DNA of 64,000 bases from Dicyema japonicum (lineage: Eukaryota; Animalia; Dicyemida): NCBI GenBank assembly GCA_011109175.1, contig RDEW01000040.1:1-64000 (forward strand). The letters run 5' to 3'. How positions within the stretch are numbered: position 1 is the stretch's first letter; every line of letters starts with the position of its first letter. Below, piece after piece: positions 9,886 through 22,544 of this stretch. Below the pieces are notes generated by a model. That model worked only from the letters and a program-made list of their open reading frames with translations. It was not told the origin of the DNA and searched no databases. The position numbers were made by a program, and so were the translations under genes.

Positions 9886-12840
9886 CGGTTGAGCTGGTGA
9901 CTCAATGTCTGGAAAACACAGTATCAAGCCATTGGACTTCTCCCTTCTCACATTTAACGTCAGAGGACTCTCTAGCGTTTCGAAACGGAAGGAACTGGTC
10001 GAGGATCTTTCAAAATACAAGATTTCAATCGCCTGTCTTCAGGAGACTAAACTAATCAACGGGATCGAAAAACAAAATGGGAACTTTCGACTAATTTTCC
10101 TTCCAGGTGGAAACAAGCACTATGGGCTAGGATTTGCCGTTAAGAATGATCTATCCAAGAGAGTCTGCCGATATTACAGTGTGAATGATAGAATCGGGAT
10201 GTTGCAATTGAAACTGGATGACCTCAACCCGTCGAAGAAATATGTAACTATAATAAACGTTTACGCCCTCACAGTGGATGGTTTAATAAAAACCCTGAGA
10301 GATTGATGATTTTTACACCAGTCTTTCTGCTGTGTTCTCCAAGTATGCTCTCTCAACATTAGTAATGATCGCAAAAGATCTAAATGCGAAAGCTGGCACC
10401 CAGGTTACGACCGATGAGACATTCATGGGAAAGCATGGTAGGGGGAAAAAAAATCTCCCGGGAACTCTACTAGCTAACTTCTGTGAAACGAACAACCTAT
10501 TTTTATGCAATACAGCCTTCATGCATCCAGCCAGACATAAATCTACGTGGTCGGAACACAGAAGAAATCCCGAAGGGCGAGTGATAAATATGTACAACCA
10601 GATCGACTATATGCAGGCAAAAAGATCGAGGAATATACTTGATGCACGACCTTATGGTGGATCGATTATGACAGCGACTACGAAATGGTTATTGATAGAC
10701 TTTCTCTAAAGAGATTTTTGGTACTACAAAGAACGAAATGGAAGCACATTGAAACCACAGAACCCAACTATAGACGTTATAACTTGGAATCCTTAATAAG
10801 TCAATCAGAAGGGGCCCTAGCATTCAAAGAATATCTGGATGCAGAACTAGAAAACATGCCTACAGATTTGCCGCCCGGAAAATCCTGGGATTTTGTAAAG
10901 CAGTCAATACATAAAGGAGCCAATCTGCATTGAAAGAACATGAGAAAATCCCATCGCACAATGAAATTTACACGGTGAAGGACCTTGCCAATAAACAGAA
11001 GACCATATGGATGCTATATTAAAATACTGACGATTCGAACGTAAAATCAAAATTGCGGCTAGAAAGAAAAACTATCAAAGCAAAAATAAGAAAAACTATA
11101 CGCCAGCATAACAGAAATAGAGCACTGGACCAGATTAAGAAGATAGAATCTCTCAAGGACAACGCTAGATTCTACGAGGCTGTGAGACAGATGAAAGGAA
11201 AGAGACCCCATCAACCGAAATGATAAGAGATGACAAAGGAACGCAGATTGTGGACCAAAGGAAGTGGCGAAATTATCGCTGCCCACTTTGGAAATCTTTT
11301 CAATCCAAGGAACGACACTATCATCCTAGAACGAGGAAAATGAAGTTGAACTTGCGAGTTCCAAGTTGAAAAACAACAGGATTCCTGGCCCCGAGGGACT
11401 TGATGGTGAATTCTTCAAATATAGAACCCAAAAGCTGTATGAAAGTATCGCTAGGATCCTGAATGAAATGTACTATTATGGTCACACGCTGACCCTGGGA
11501 GAAAGTATCTTGATACCTGTACAGAAGGCGAATAAACCAAGAGCTCAGATGGATAACCTCCGTCCAGTCATATTAATAAATTCACTTCGGAAAATTCTAG
11601 CGAACATAACATTACAAAGGATGGAAGGACGCCTAGATACTTCTCTGTCGCTATACCACAGCGGATTCCGAAAAAGAAGATCTACTTCCGATGTTTTATG
11701 GTCCCAGAAATGTAGATCTGTGACCGTTCAAAAGTTCAAAATGTCTACAATTATCCTCGGAATCGACATTTCGAGGGCCTTCGACTTTGTCGACAGACGG
11801 AGACTAATACTGGTTTTGGAAATTTTCCTAGACGCTTCCATGTCAGAATTGCCACCACCCTACTAGCTGATACTTGGCTCACTGTAAGAGTCGGGGGAGC
11901 CTTGTCTCGCCGATTTGAGACGACTGTTGGCACTCCACATGGAGACCCATTATCACCTATCCTTTTTGTAATATAGCTTTACAGGAGTCAAAACCGATAA
12001 TGGGTGAAAAGACAAACATTATTGCGTATGCTGACGACGTAGACTTTATTTCAAACGACAAAATACCGCTCACCCGCTTGATGGAAGAAGTGCCTGGAAG
12101 ACTAGCCGAATGGTTCCTAACAGTAAATCCGGACAAGACTGAGGTAACTGAACTCAATAGAGAAGATACAAGGACGGAGGTACTGGCGCAAGTGTAAAAA
12201 GCTTGGCTCCCTCCTAGGAGACCATAAAGAAATTACGAGAAGGAAAACCCTGTCACAAACTGCCCTCTCCAGATTGAAGAACACATGGCTCCACAAAAAA
12301 GGCCTTGACATTATAACAAAAACTCGATTATACAACTCGCTTGTGAAACCCATACTACTGTATAACGCTGGTACCAAGGCCTGCTCAAGAAATGAACTGA
12401 AGAGGCTTAATGCGTTTCATAGAGACCAACTACGGCATATGATGTTCGAAAGAAGTGATACGAGGATGTCATCTAATCTTTTTTATGAGAGGACGAAGAC
12501 CTCAGAAATTTCTAATAAGATTCTGGATACACGATGGAGGCTTTTCGGTCATATTCTACGACTGGACCTAGACGCCCCGCGAACGTAGCCATGGAGGATT
12601 ACTTCATGTTGGAGGCCCCCAGTTTCCGTGGTCGCCCAAGGACGACACTGGCAGTCGTTCTCGACGAGGACTTCGAAGAAATGGGACAGCATCTTGGAAG
12701 TGGAGAGGATCTTGACTGGTTGCGCACTGCGACTTTGAATAGGAGGAAGTGGATGAAACTAACCAGTGATTTGCTAACTCGTGTTGCACATGCTTTGTCA
12801 AGTCCTATGACATAGCGATAAGTGCTTATAATAATAATAT
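9886..12840 (+). mobile_element. Near full-length RTE-clade LINE (APE+RT), frameshifted
   Basis: LLTFNVRGL, IACLQETK, HYGLGFAV, YNQIDY, NLRPVILINSLRKIL, GIDISRAFD, PHGDPLSP, YADDVDF, RWRLFGHILR, GRPRTTL; TAA-repeat tail. Confidence 0.92.
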
Positions 12841-12844
12841 TTTA

Positions 12845-13050
12845 CACGAGGAAGGTCATGGACAACTTATTTCTAACTGTGTTAAATGAAGAATTAAAAG
12901 ACGTCGGCAGAAGACTAAAAACGACCGACGATCTCGATGAATTAAGAGAACTTGCGAAAAAGAGGGGAAATGGATGAGACTGGTACAAAGGGTGTTTTAA
13001 GTGGCACATGGATATCTTTTTGTGTATTCTCGGAGGTGCCGATAATAATA
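12845..13050 (+). mobile_element. Short 5'-truncated RTE 3' end
   Basis: TVLNEELKDVGRRLKTTDDLDELRELAKKRG resembles the C-terminus of the upstream RTE; ends ATAATAATAA. Confidence 0.55.
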
Positions 13051-13240
13051 AATGTGTTTTTACACAATTGTGCTTTAAAGCATATAAAGTGGACAAATTT
13101 AGAACAAAAGTAAAAGAATTTTTATCAAAAATTGTATATTAGTTGTATATAATACTACTTTTGATAATATATTGTTAATGATTCTTGTGTGAACAGAAAT
13201 ATATTAAAATAAACCAAATTAAAGCCAAAAAGTAAATAGA

Positions 13241-14247
13241 TTAGTGTGGTTGGTCATCTTTGTTGTTATCCACGTCCTCCTGACTCTATTAAATAAAATA
13301 AAAAATTTACTTCAGTTTGTTCCTCAGTTGGAAGAGGGTCTAATGATAATACAATAATATACTATTCTGCAGTGACATTTGAATAGCCAACAAAAGCTGT
13401 TCCTCCTCGTCCATTTCATCAACGTCAACAGTCTCAGGTTGGACTACTTCTGCCACGGCTCCTTAACTATTCATTAAATAAATTACTTTGTTGGTCCATC
13501 ATTGAAGCACGAATGGCCTATAATATCACTACAAATATAACCATCATAAGATCGGGGTCGTCTTCAAAGTTAGAGGATTCTTGAGGACGTTGTACCATTA
13601 TCTGTGAAGAATGGACAGCCTCCTTTACATTTCTTAAGGGTGAGACGTGGACAAGATGACTGAAATTGTTAAACATGAGTGAACCTGGTCTCATCATTTG
13701 AAAATTTACTCATAAAGTCATTGAGAAGATCAACATTTTTCTAAATATCTCCAATGGGGTAAACTGGTTCAATATTAACGACATCCAATGATATTCCATT
13801 CTTTCTTATACTTTTGTATAATTCTGTTAGTTCCTTCTCAGAATTTAATATTTGACTTCCAGTAAATACAATTATTCGGGGCTTGTGACTGTAATTTGAA
13901 CGATTCTGAACGGACAACTAAGAATATATACAATCACAGACACAAGCTAAATTAAGTGCTTTCACAAAGTTAGCAGTCCCCTTTGGTCTGAGTGCCTGAA
14001 GACGACTGTTAAACACATGCATGCTGTCTGTCAGAGTAATACTTATTTTCCCTCCATAACAAAGGGAAATGAGACCAATAGTGTTCTCATGTCTTGCGTG
14101 GATTGTTGAGTTGGCTATGAATCCAGCAGCTTCGACAACGGAGGCAAGTCTGGTCGGAGAGTAATCCCCATTTATCATAACATCACTTGTATCAATACTA
14201 TTATTGTTATTATATCAATACCACAAATATATGCTCTCAATTGACAT
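13241..14247 (-). CDS. PSMD4: 26S proteasome non-ATPase regulatory subunit 4 (Rpn10/S5a), about 8 micro-introns
   Basis: Spliced MSIESIYLCIDTSDVMINGDYSPTRL (vWA start), PRIIVFTGS, UIMs DPDLMMAIRASM and EEEQLLLAIQMSLQ; GT-AG introns of 20-26 nt restore frame. Confidence 0.92.
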
Positions 14248-15064
14248 CACCACTACAATGTTTTTATTTATTTTAATTTATTTAATTTATATTATTATTT
14301 TTATCAATAAATCTAAACCTCTCACTAGCGTCCCTTACGTTTCCAACCAACTCCCTACCATAGTCAACTATTACTTTGCGAATTGGAGAGAATTAAGCTG
14401 TTTCGTCGATAATTATGTTGGAAACTAAAAATTACAAAATGTATCTTTGGTGGACCAAATAGTCAAATGGTTCATCGTTATGCGAAACGAGGAAACATCC
14501 CCAATGGGTATGCGCTTTTCCTCTTCTCCGCAATTCGATACAAACCACTGTTTTTGTAAGAAATAAAAATGATGACAGGATGAGATTACTTGTATTCAAT
14601 ACAGAAACTGACAAAAATATCCAAAGATGATCTCAGTGAAATCTTTATATAAAAAGTTTGGAACTCAATTAGGTTTCTCAGGAGATCTATAAAATCAAAA
14701 CGACATCCATATTTGACCAAATTCATTAATCAATTGCCACGGTTTTTTATCTCACAAGGGGATCTTCAAATAACGCCGAGTTTATCTGAAAAAAAATTAA
14801 CTCAAAAAGATCATCCAACTGGATTCGACCTTGAACTCTCCTTTACTAAACACGTGGAGAATAAGTCTTCATTGACTATGACAATTATATCATGAGCGGC
14901 TAAGAGCAATGCAGAATGCCTGTTAAGAGAATGCATTTTCGGCCGTTCAAGAATCGGTTTGAGTCCAACCATCTCAAAACACTTCTTGTTGAACAATAAG
15001 GCGGCTGTCATAACGGGCAATCCCTTAAACAAAATCCTGCTCAAATACTTTTAAATTTACTCCT

Positions 15065-15780
15065 CTTCCCTATTATTATTGCCCCAGGACACTGGGTTAA
15101 AAGAGAAAGGATGTCCGATCTAACTAAGTGATCCAAGACCTACAATGATGAGATCGAAACCATGGGGATGAGTATTTTGAACCTCTCTCCATAATGGGCT
15201 CAGAGTCTTTTCTTATTGTGAGTGGTTTTTGAAATATTTGACTAGAATCTAGTAGAGAATAATGGTTAGTCACCCTCACGAGCTTTCGTTGTCTTTCAAG
15301 TAGAAATGTTTCAATAATAATAGACTAGGAATTAGATCTGAAGATTCTGTTAAAGGCTTTTTGGATTTTGGTCAATTTATTCACCGAGGCATGGGAAAAA
15401 GCCATTGGCAACGTTGTATAGGTCAATACTGGCAAGAAAAATTGTTTAGTGGAGAGGGATCCAGTGCTGTTTCTTAGAGCTTTTACTACAATTTGTAGGA
15501 TTGTGGTTCTGTCACTCAATTTTCCACATGTTTGCGTGCTATTTACTGAAATTATCGTATTGTTAAGGAGGATTCATTCGCCCTCGTCTTATGTTCATAA
15601 AGTTGACCAACCAAAGTTTGATATTTTGGTGAATATCCGGGAATACTTCGCATTCAGGTCTCCGCAGATTAGCACGTTATTGCTGGATACGTGGGTGAAA
15701 TATCTGTCAGGGGTGTGTGCTACAGCTTGTTTGTGGGTAGTAGGTTTTTATTAGTGTCGGAGAGAACTAAGGGAATTCTA
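15065..15780 (-). mobile_element. Jockey-like LINE 3' fragment with (AAT)n tail
   Basis: QFFLPVLTYTTLPMA RT C-terminal signature; 3' end GGGGCAATAATAATA shared with the 22545 copy. Confidence 0.7.
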
Positions 15781-16299
15781 TTTTTATTGCCTGGAGTTCT
15801 AGACATCAAAGTTCAAATCAAATCTTTATTCCGAGACCACAGTTAAAACGAAAAAAACAAAGTTATCCAACAAAAATAAACCTATACTCTCAGCTTAGCT
15901 CAATGCTCCTCACTCGATCCTACACAAGCTCATTGGGGCCGAGTTTTCTTTTGATTACGCTTGATCAAGTCTCCTCCGTTATTCCTTCGGATTAGGATCT
16001 CCGTGGGTTATAAAAATCAATAAATGTCCCGGATTTCTAATATAATACAGTGGTAAGTCTAGCGGAATACTTATATACACGTATGTGAAGCGAAATACAC
16101 AATTTTTGAAGTAGAGTTTTTTCAAGAAGGCTGTTAAGATACCTTGGAACCTCTGAAATAATATATTTCAATTGTTATATTTGGTAGAGAAGTCAAGTCC
16201 GTCTTCAAAGAATCGACTCAAAATTGTTGTAATAAAAACAAATTTAACGAATAAAAGCGAGATAATAACATTTTTTCGTACAAAATCAATTTTATTTAG

Positions 16300-16565
16300 T
16301 TAACTGTCATCTAATATCGAAGGCAGAACTGAAATAGAAGATACTTCAGCCATAGACTTGTCTCTCAATAGGCTTAGGTTTTCAAGTTTAGAAAATTCTA
16401 GAGGATCATGTTGAGATATTTGTTCCAATTCAATTAATCCAATTTTTGCTAAAAATAGTTAACAAATTTACTCTGAAGGTTCTTTATTTTATGTTTAATA
16501 CAATTTATTGTTTTATCCAACTGATAGAACTTCTCTTGATAGTCAATTCTTGTATTATTTTCCAT
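16300..16565 (-). CDS. Orphan 80-aa protein, one 23-nt intron (16449-16471)
   Basis: MENNTRIDYQEKFYQLDKTINCIKHKIKNLQ|TKIGLIELEQISQHDPLEFSKLENLSLLRDKSMAEVSSISVLPSILDDS*; removing GTAAATTTGTTAACTATTTTTAG joins two open frames. Confidence 0.55.
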
Positions 16566-16714
16566 TATTGACACTAAAAAACTAAACAAAACAAACCCAG
16601 ACAATTTATTATTTTTAAATAATATAAATTTAAATACAATTAAAAATAACATTTTATTTTTAATTAATAAATCGGCAATATGTTAATTAAATTAAAATTA
16701 AACGCATTATATAA

Positions 16715-17635
16715 GATGGAACAACTAAGGGCACCCAAGGAGACGCCCTATCCCCGGTCTTATTCATTGCATATCTGGAGGCAACCCTACAAATAATATC
16801 CCCGGACATATAAAGGAAGTCATCTTCGCAGATGACATAGACTTCACGGCAACAGACCACCAATTAGAAAATATTATTGGCCAAAACATTTGAAAAATCA
16901 TTCCTAAAAATTAACACCAAGAAAACAGAATATACTATAGTTAGGTGATGCAAACAACGACACGAGGAAAAATGGAGGCATACGAAGAAACTTGTAACTC
17001 TCTTAGGAGATATAGAAGACATACTACGAAAAAAATCACTAGCAGCTTTCGCTCTTAAAAGACTAAGTTACGTATGGTTACGAGGTAAACAAATTTCTGC
17101 CTTTTTGAAAATCAAATTTTACAATATGTTCGTAAAACTGGTTTTACTGTACAATTCTTCTACCTGGGCACTCACAATATCTGAAATGAAACGTCTGAAC
17201 TTCTTTCATATAATGCAGCTCAGATACATTCTAAGATTTTCCCGGCCAAAGCACATCTCAAACAAACACCTCTATTCCCATTACAATATCCACCCATTGG
17301 ACGGAGCAATAAGAAGTAACAGATGGGGCTTATTTGGTCACATCCTAAGAATGGACAGGAATACTCCGCTAATCTCTCGATGGTACACCACTATGCTCCT
17401 CATCCGGGATCGACTTTCCGGGGAAGACCACGAATTACTCTACCAACCCTTCTACATCAAGACCTAACTTCGATTGGGAAAAGGTTGACGTCGGCAGATG
17501 ATCTTGAGCAACTGAGGGACCTATCGAGGAACAGAGGGAACTGGAAGCGATTAACAAAAAGCATCCAGGAGAGGGTGGGACAAGCGAGATAACTAACGTT
17601 GTTTGCGGTGTGCTTATTAATAATAAATATAAGAT
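16715..17635 (+). mobile_element. 5'-truncated RTE LINE
   Basis: GTQGDALSPVLF, FADDIDF, VKLVLLYNSSTW, RWGLFGHILRM, GRPRITLP; TAATAATAA tail. Confidence 0.85.
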
Positions 17636-17849
17636 AACGATATTTGTGTGGCGTTATGCTGTCTACCTATTCAAAAGGATTTGGAAACACTCAGGGGACC
17701 TAATTCACACCGAAAAAGTACCTTCAGACCCTTTCCTCAAGGAGACATTCTAGTCCTCCGGCGATGCATTTCGCTGAAAATGGAAATCCTCAGCCCATCA
17801 AAGAGAAAATCACTTTACTGCTCTTCAGATGAACATAAATAGAATTAAA

Positions 17850-19310
17850 GGGAAAATCAGGGAACTCCGCTCACTCCTGGTTATGATCAAAGAGACCAAA
17901 TTCACTTTTAATGATGGATAAAAGGCTATCCGGATGGACCGTAAAGAGAGAAGAGATGGAGACCTGCTTACTCTATTCAGAAAAAACCTGGAATACAGAG
18001 ACATCTCCTCGGAAGTGAGGAAACTTGTTGAGGATGATGAGGTTACCGAAATAATTGGAATCTCGCTCGGGACAACGAAAAAAGACTATGCCTTGTTAAT
18101 ATCTGATTCCTGGCCGAAGATCTATGTTATGTCAAACCTATCAAGACTGTCTTCCTTAGATGAGATCATCATCTGCGGGGATCTGCATGCAAAGCATCCC
18201 TTTTTTTACCCCAAAATCAGCGGATTAGAAAAAAGTTAAAAGTTAACTACTAACTAAGTGATTCCGGTTTTCCGGGTTCTGGCTCTCGTTCTGAGTCCTC
18301 GAAGATCCAACAGAATTGGTAGAAACGGGGACGGTCTCATTCTCCATAGATTTCCCGCATTTTTTAGATAGTCAGATATAGAGAGTGAAAGCGGACAGCC
18401 GGTTTTTATTGCCCACTGTAGAAATGACTTCACTCTCCACTTTAGGTGTTCTTTAACATTCAATACGTCATCCACAGTTTTCTATTTATTATTTTCAAGG
18501 TAGCAAGTTGTGCGGCTTCTAATTTTTGAGACGACGATTCAGAAATCATCAAGCTCCAGGAAAGACATGCGTATTCGATTACAGGCAGTATGCATTGTCT
18601 GTAAATTTTCCGTAGTAAGAAGGTGTTGCGCCCGATTGGTGATCGGGACAAAATTTTCACTATGTTGGTCCTCCTCCTGACTTTAGTAATAACGTCATTG
18701 ACGTGTTGGCCGAATGTCAGAAGAGTATCCAACTTGGAAACTTATTCATAGGAAATTTATATCCAAATAATTTGATTTTGGGAGAGTATAATGATCTTCT
18801 ATATGTAGAGAAAATTGTTATAAACATCCTTATGGTTGTTAACTCAACTAGCCAACATGAGAGAAACTATTGTTATCGCAAACGGACTCGCTGACGACAT
18901 TGAAAAATACAAGGACACTACTCATAGAGGCACTCTGCTCCTCATCACTTTATTCTAAAATTGTTTGGTCAGTCTTCTATGAAACAAGAAGCGATCATAA
19001 TCCGATTTTGGTGAAGATCAAGAGAGAGGCCGACATGAAGAGAATTCCTAGTATCTACAATTAGAAAGGTGCTGACTGGAGATTGTATAGCGCAATCTCT
19101 GAAGACAGACTGAATCGTTACTTGGATTAAAACGATCAGCTACTTTATCCATAATCTTTGAAGCAAGATCAATGACAATACCAAACATCGATTAAAATAG
19201 TGACTGGACGGCCTTTATTAAAGAAAGAAATCATCTCTAAAAATATAACCGGATCACCTTGGAAATGAAAGCCGGGATCAGAGCATTGAATAATTAAATA
19301 AAAACTAAAG
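17850..19310 (+). mobile_element. APE-type LINE 5' region with a nested opposite-strand LINE 3' fragment (about 18255-18735)
   Basis: LLTLFRKNLEY, IICGDLHAKHP, RSDHNPILVKIK; nested minus-strand LTFGQHV..ILPVIEYACLSW. Confidence 0.7.
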
Positions 19311-19499
19311 AACTCAGGGCCCAGATGTTAAGTGGAATTGTGTGCGTACAACAGTAAAGCGAAAACGGAAGAAGTGTGGAAAGCTATTCGAAATGTTGCA
19401 AAGGGTAAAGAAATTTTGTCTGAAGAGGATTATGTTCAAAGAGATGTGAATAAATTGATAAAATTTCACAAAAGGAGCACATGAAGTCAGATACATTCT

Positions 19500-19700
19500 T
19501 ACTATTCGTGTAGTCCCGACTTTTATTAAAGCCGATAAATTTTCATCAATGAGTCTTGTTCTTTGAACAGTTTTTGTTAATTTCATAAATGAAAAAAGTT
19601 GTTCACAAACATACGTCGAACCAAACATAACAATTATTTTCGTAGCAAATTATTTTTAAAGTTTTTAAAAGGCCCGCGGACCGCATGTTTGACACCCCTG
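19500..19700 (-). mobile_element. Internally deleted hAT (Charlie/SPIN-like) element
   Basis: Terminal CAGGGGTGTCAAACATGCGG (19700-19681) joined to the dimerisation-domain motif MFGSTYVCEQLFSFMKLTK. Confidence 0.8.
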
Positions 19701-20640
19701 ATCTCAGAATACACTTCTTTATGGTCGATCGGAATTCCTCTGCCGACCTATCTTTGAATGGGTTTCCTAGCTCTTTGCAGAAACGTAGGAAGCCCTGGCT
19801 ATTTCTCAACTTCTTTCCCTCTGAAAGGAGACTGGGATGAATATGGTGTCAAATTTAATATGTCGCATTATTTTCCACCTGAGAAGTTTATACGCTCGGC
19901 CCTAGGAGAGAAGAGTAGGGGCTCTTCTTTATGACAGCCTTTAGGACGTTCCACTTTCTAAGCCTTTTGGTTAACACTTCCTCCTTGTGACTGAAGAACG
20001 TTATTGGAGAGTCGAATGTTAGTTCAAGGATCATCTGTATTTCCATATAAGGAATATGAATGTTTTCAAAGAATACCTCTACTTTTAATGCCTCTTTTAA
20101 AGTGAGACTTGGGTGCAGATACATACAGCAAATTCGCGATAGCCAGTCACTCACCTGGTTGAGGTGTGTTGAACCACCGTCACATCCCTGGGAAGAGAAT
20201 TGTTTCTTGCAGCGATAATCAGGTCATCCCTGTAAGATAAAAACATAGTTTCCTGATCTTTGGTAGTAGGGAAGTCGTGTAGAAATAAGTTAAACAGGAA
20301 AGGAGATAAAGGGAAACTTTGTGGGACCCCATTTGTAAGTAGTCTTGATTTTAGAGTAGTTTTACCGATTCGGACTCTTCCACGTCAATCAGTTAAGAAA
20401 TTTTCCAGCTATTCCATGATGTTTGGATGTAAATTCGAATTAAAACTGTTTTCGTAGGAGCGACCTCGAAGCAGAGTAGAAGACCTTCTATATATTGATA
20501 TATACCAGAGCCGTCCGTAAGTGTGTCTTCATGTTAAAACCGTCTGTAATGAACTGGTAGACGGATCCCAAATGGGTCGTTGTAGAACGGGCTGCTCTTA
20601 AGCCATGTTGAAATGTGGTAATGGTAGGACACTGGAGATT
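19700..20640 (-). mobile_element. Jockey/CR1-like LINE RT 3' half, decayed
   Basis: Plus strand TGTGGGACCCCATTTG and GGTCATCCCTG correspond to decayed GVPQ and DDL RT motifs on the minus strand; LRKWNVLKAVIKK shared with 60590 copy. Confidence 0.65.
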
Positions 20641-20754
20641 GACATTAATACAACTTCTCCAGCACTTTTGAAAAGGCGCAAGTTTAAAATAAATAACATT
20701 TTTTTCGGATTTTTACTTTATAACAGTATAATTTGTATCGAATTTAACCAAATC

Positions 20755-20990
20755 CAGATGGTGCTGGGTTAGAATCTCACTGCTGTCCATGCCGGTTGAA
20801 GGTTCCACGCATCTACGATGTTTCTGAATTGACGAGTGACACCGTCATCAATGATTCATCAGTGCAGAAGCAGATTGTATAGGGACTCACGCAGGCAAAA
20901 AGAAAATAACAATAACTTACGAACTCCTTCAATGCCTTAAATAAATAGCATGACTGTCCTTTATTATTATGGCACTTTCACGAAAGCCAT
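20755..20990 (+). mobile_element. SINE, second subfamily, head partly lost
   Basis: GGGTTAGAATCTCACTGCT..GAAGGTTCCACGCATCTACGATG..TTGACGAGTGACACCGTCATCA core shared with 32419. Confidence 0.78.
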
Positions 20991-21004
20991 AATGAACATT
21001 ATTT

Positions 21005-22330
21005 ACAGTTAGTCTTTTCCATCTTCCTCTGTCGAATGCGAGTGATCTCAATTCGTCCAGGTCGTCCTCCGTCTTTAGATTTTTTCTCACACGATTTAAG
21101 TCTTTGTTTAAGGCAGTCGGAAGTGTCGATCTAGGTTGTCCGCAGAAGGGTTTGTCTCATCTGTCATAGTAATCTTCCATCGCTTTGTTAGCGGGTGCAT
21201 CCGGGTTCATTCCTAGTACATGCCCAAATAGCCTCCACCGGGCATCTATCACATCCTTGCTGATGTAAGAACACATACACTTGTTGTAGATACCAGTGGT
21301 TGATATTCTACGTGGCCACTCCATTCAGAGTAAGCTTCTTAGTTGCCTTCTATGGAACGAATCCAGTTTCAATAGTTTGTTGAAGTAACTTCCCCATGTC
21401 CCAGCGTTGTACAGTAGGATCGGTTTCAAAACGCGTTGTAAAGCATGCATCTGATGTCAATTCCGTTCTTTGGCTCTTAGCCATCCTTTCTTTAGTTTAG
21501 CCGTTGCTGTATTTGCCAGTGTTTTCCTCCTTAGTACATCTTCAGCGTCTCCTAGTAGAGAGCCGAGCTTATTTAGTACGTCTCCATCTTTCATGAGTAA
21601 TATCGTCCTCTCTTTTGATTTCCGTAATTTCAGTTTTGTTAACATTTACGCTGAGAAACCATTTCTCAAGCTCCGCAGTGTTGGAGTGCGGTCACGTCCC
21701 GTGATACAAAATCCATATCATCCGCATAAGATGTCTCTTCTATGTCTCCTATATAGCATTTACGGAGGTCGCGGAGTGCAGATTCAAGGTATATGGTGAA
21801 TAGTAAAGGGGAGAGGGAATCACCCTGGGGTGTCCCAATCGTTGTTTTGAAACTGCGGGAAGTTGCTCTTTCTGTCCTCACAGATAGTCTTGTGTTCGCA
21901 AGTAGTGGTCTGATTATCCTAACCGACGATTCATCCAATATTTGCTCAAGCACATTCATCAGTTTCTGTCTGTTTATTGAGTCGAAAACTCTGGAGAGAT
22001 CTATTCCCAACACAGTGGTTGCGCCCTTGAATCTTTGGTGCGTTGCGCAGCGCCATCTGTGGCTCCATACAATGTCTGCCGTAGACCTCCCTTCTCGGAA
22101 CCCACTTTGACTTGCTGGTAGATCGCCACACCTTTATCCGGCTTAGTGCAATGTTTGCCAGCACCTTGCGTATCGAATTCAGAAGTATTATCGGCAGAAT
22201 ATATATCATTTAATGTGCTTTTGGGATATGGAGCAATGGTTCTAAATGATATCAGTGGTTGACTTTGCTTATTTAAATCTACTTTGACACAGCGATAAGT
22301 ATTAGTCACAAAACTTGATATTAGACCCAG
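21005..22330 (-). mobile_element. RTE LINE RT/3' half
   Basis: ILLNSIRKVLANIAL, GIDLSRVFD, GTPQGDSLSPLLF, YADDMDF, RWRLFGHVLGM. Confidence 0.85.
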
Positions 22331-22544
22331 TCTTATAATAGACTGTTTCGTGTATTATTATTTAGAATTCACGAAAGTCATAATATCTATAGCCTCTAGT
22401 TTAGATGAAACGGCCCTCCGACAAACATAGTAGTCTGTTCGGCGGGGAAGCCAATTCCATCCTCAGGATGTGCCCGAATAGTCTCCAGCGAGACTGTATG
22501 ACCTCTATTCAATTAAATAATACTCATAATTTAAATCTTAATTA

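Noticed and set aside
14290-16250. Plus-strand gene divergent from PSMD4, split by a LINE
   Set aside because: Coding-like composition, but I could not build a consistent spliced frame or recognise any family.
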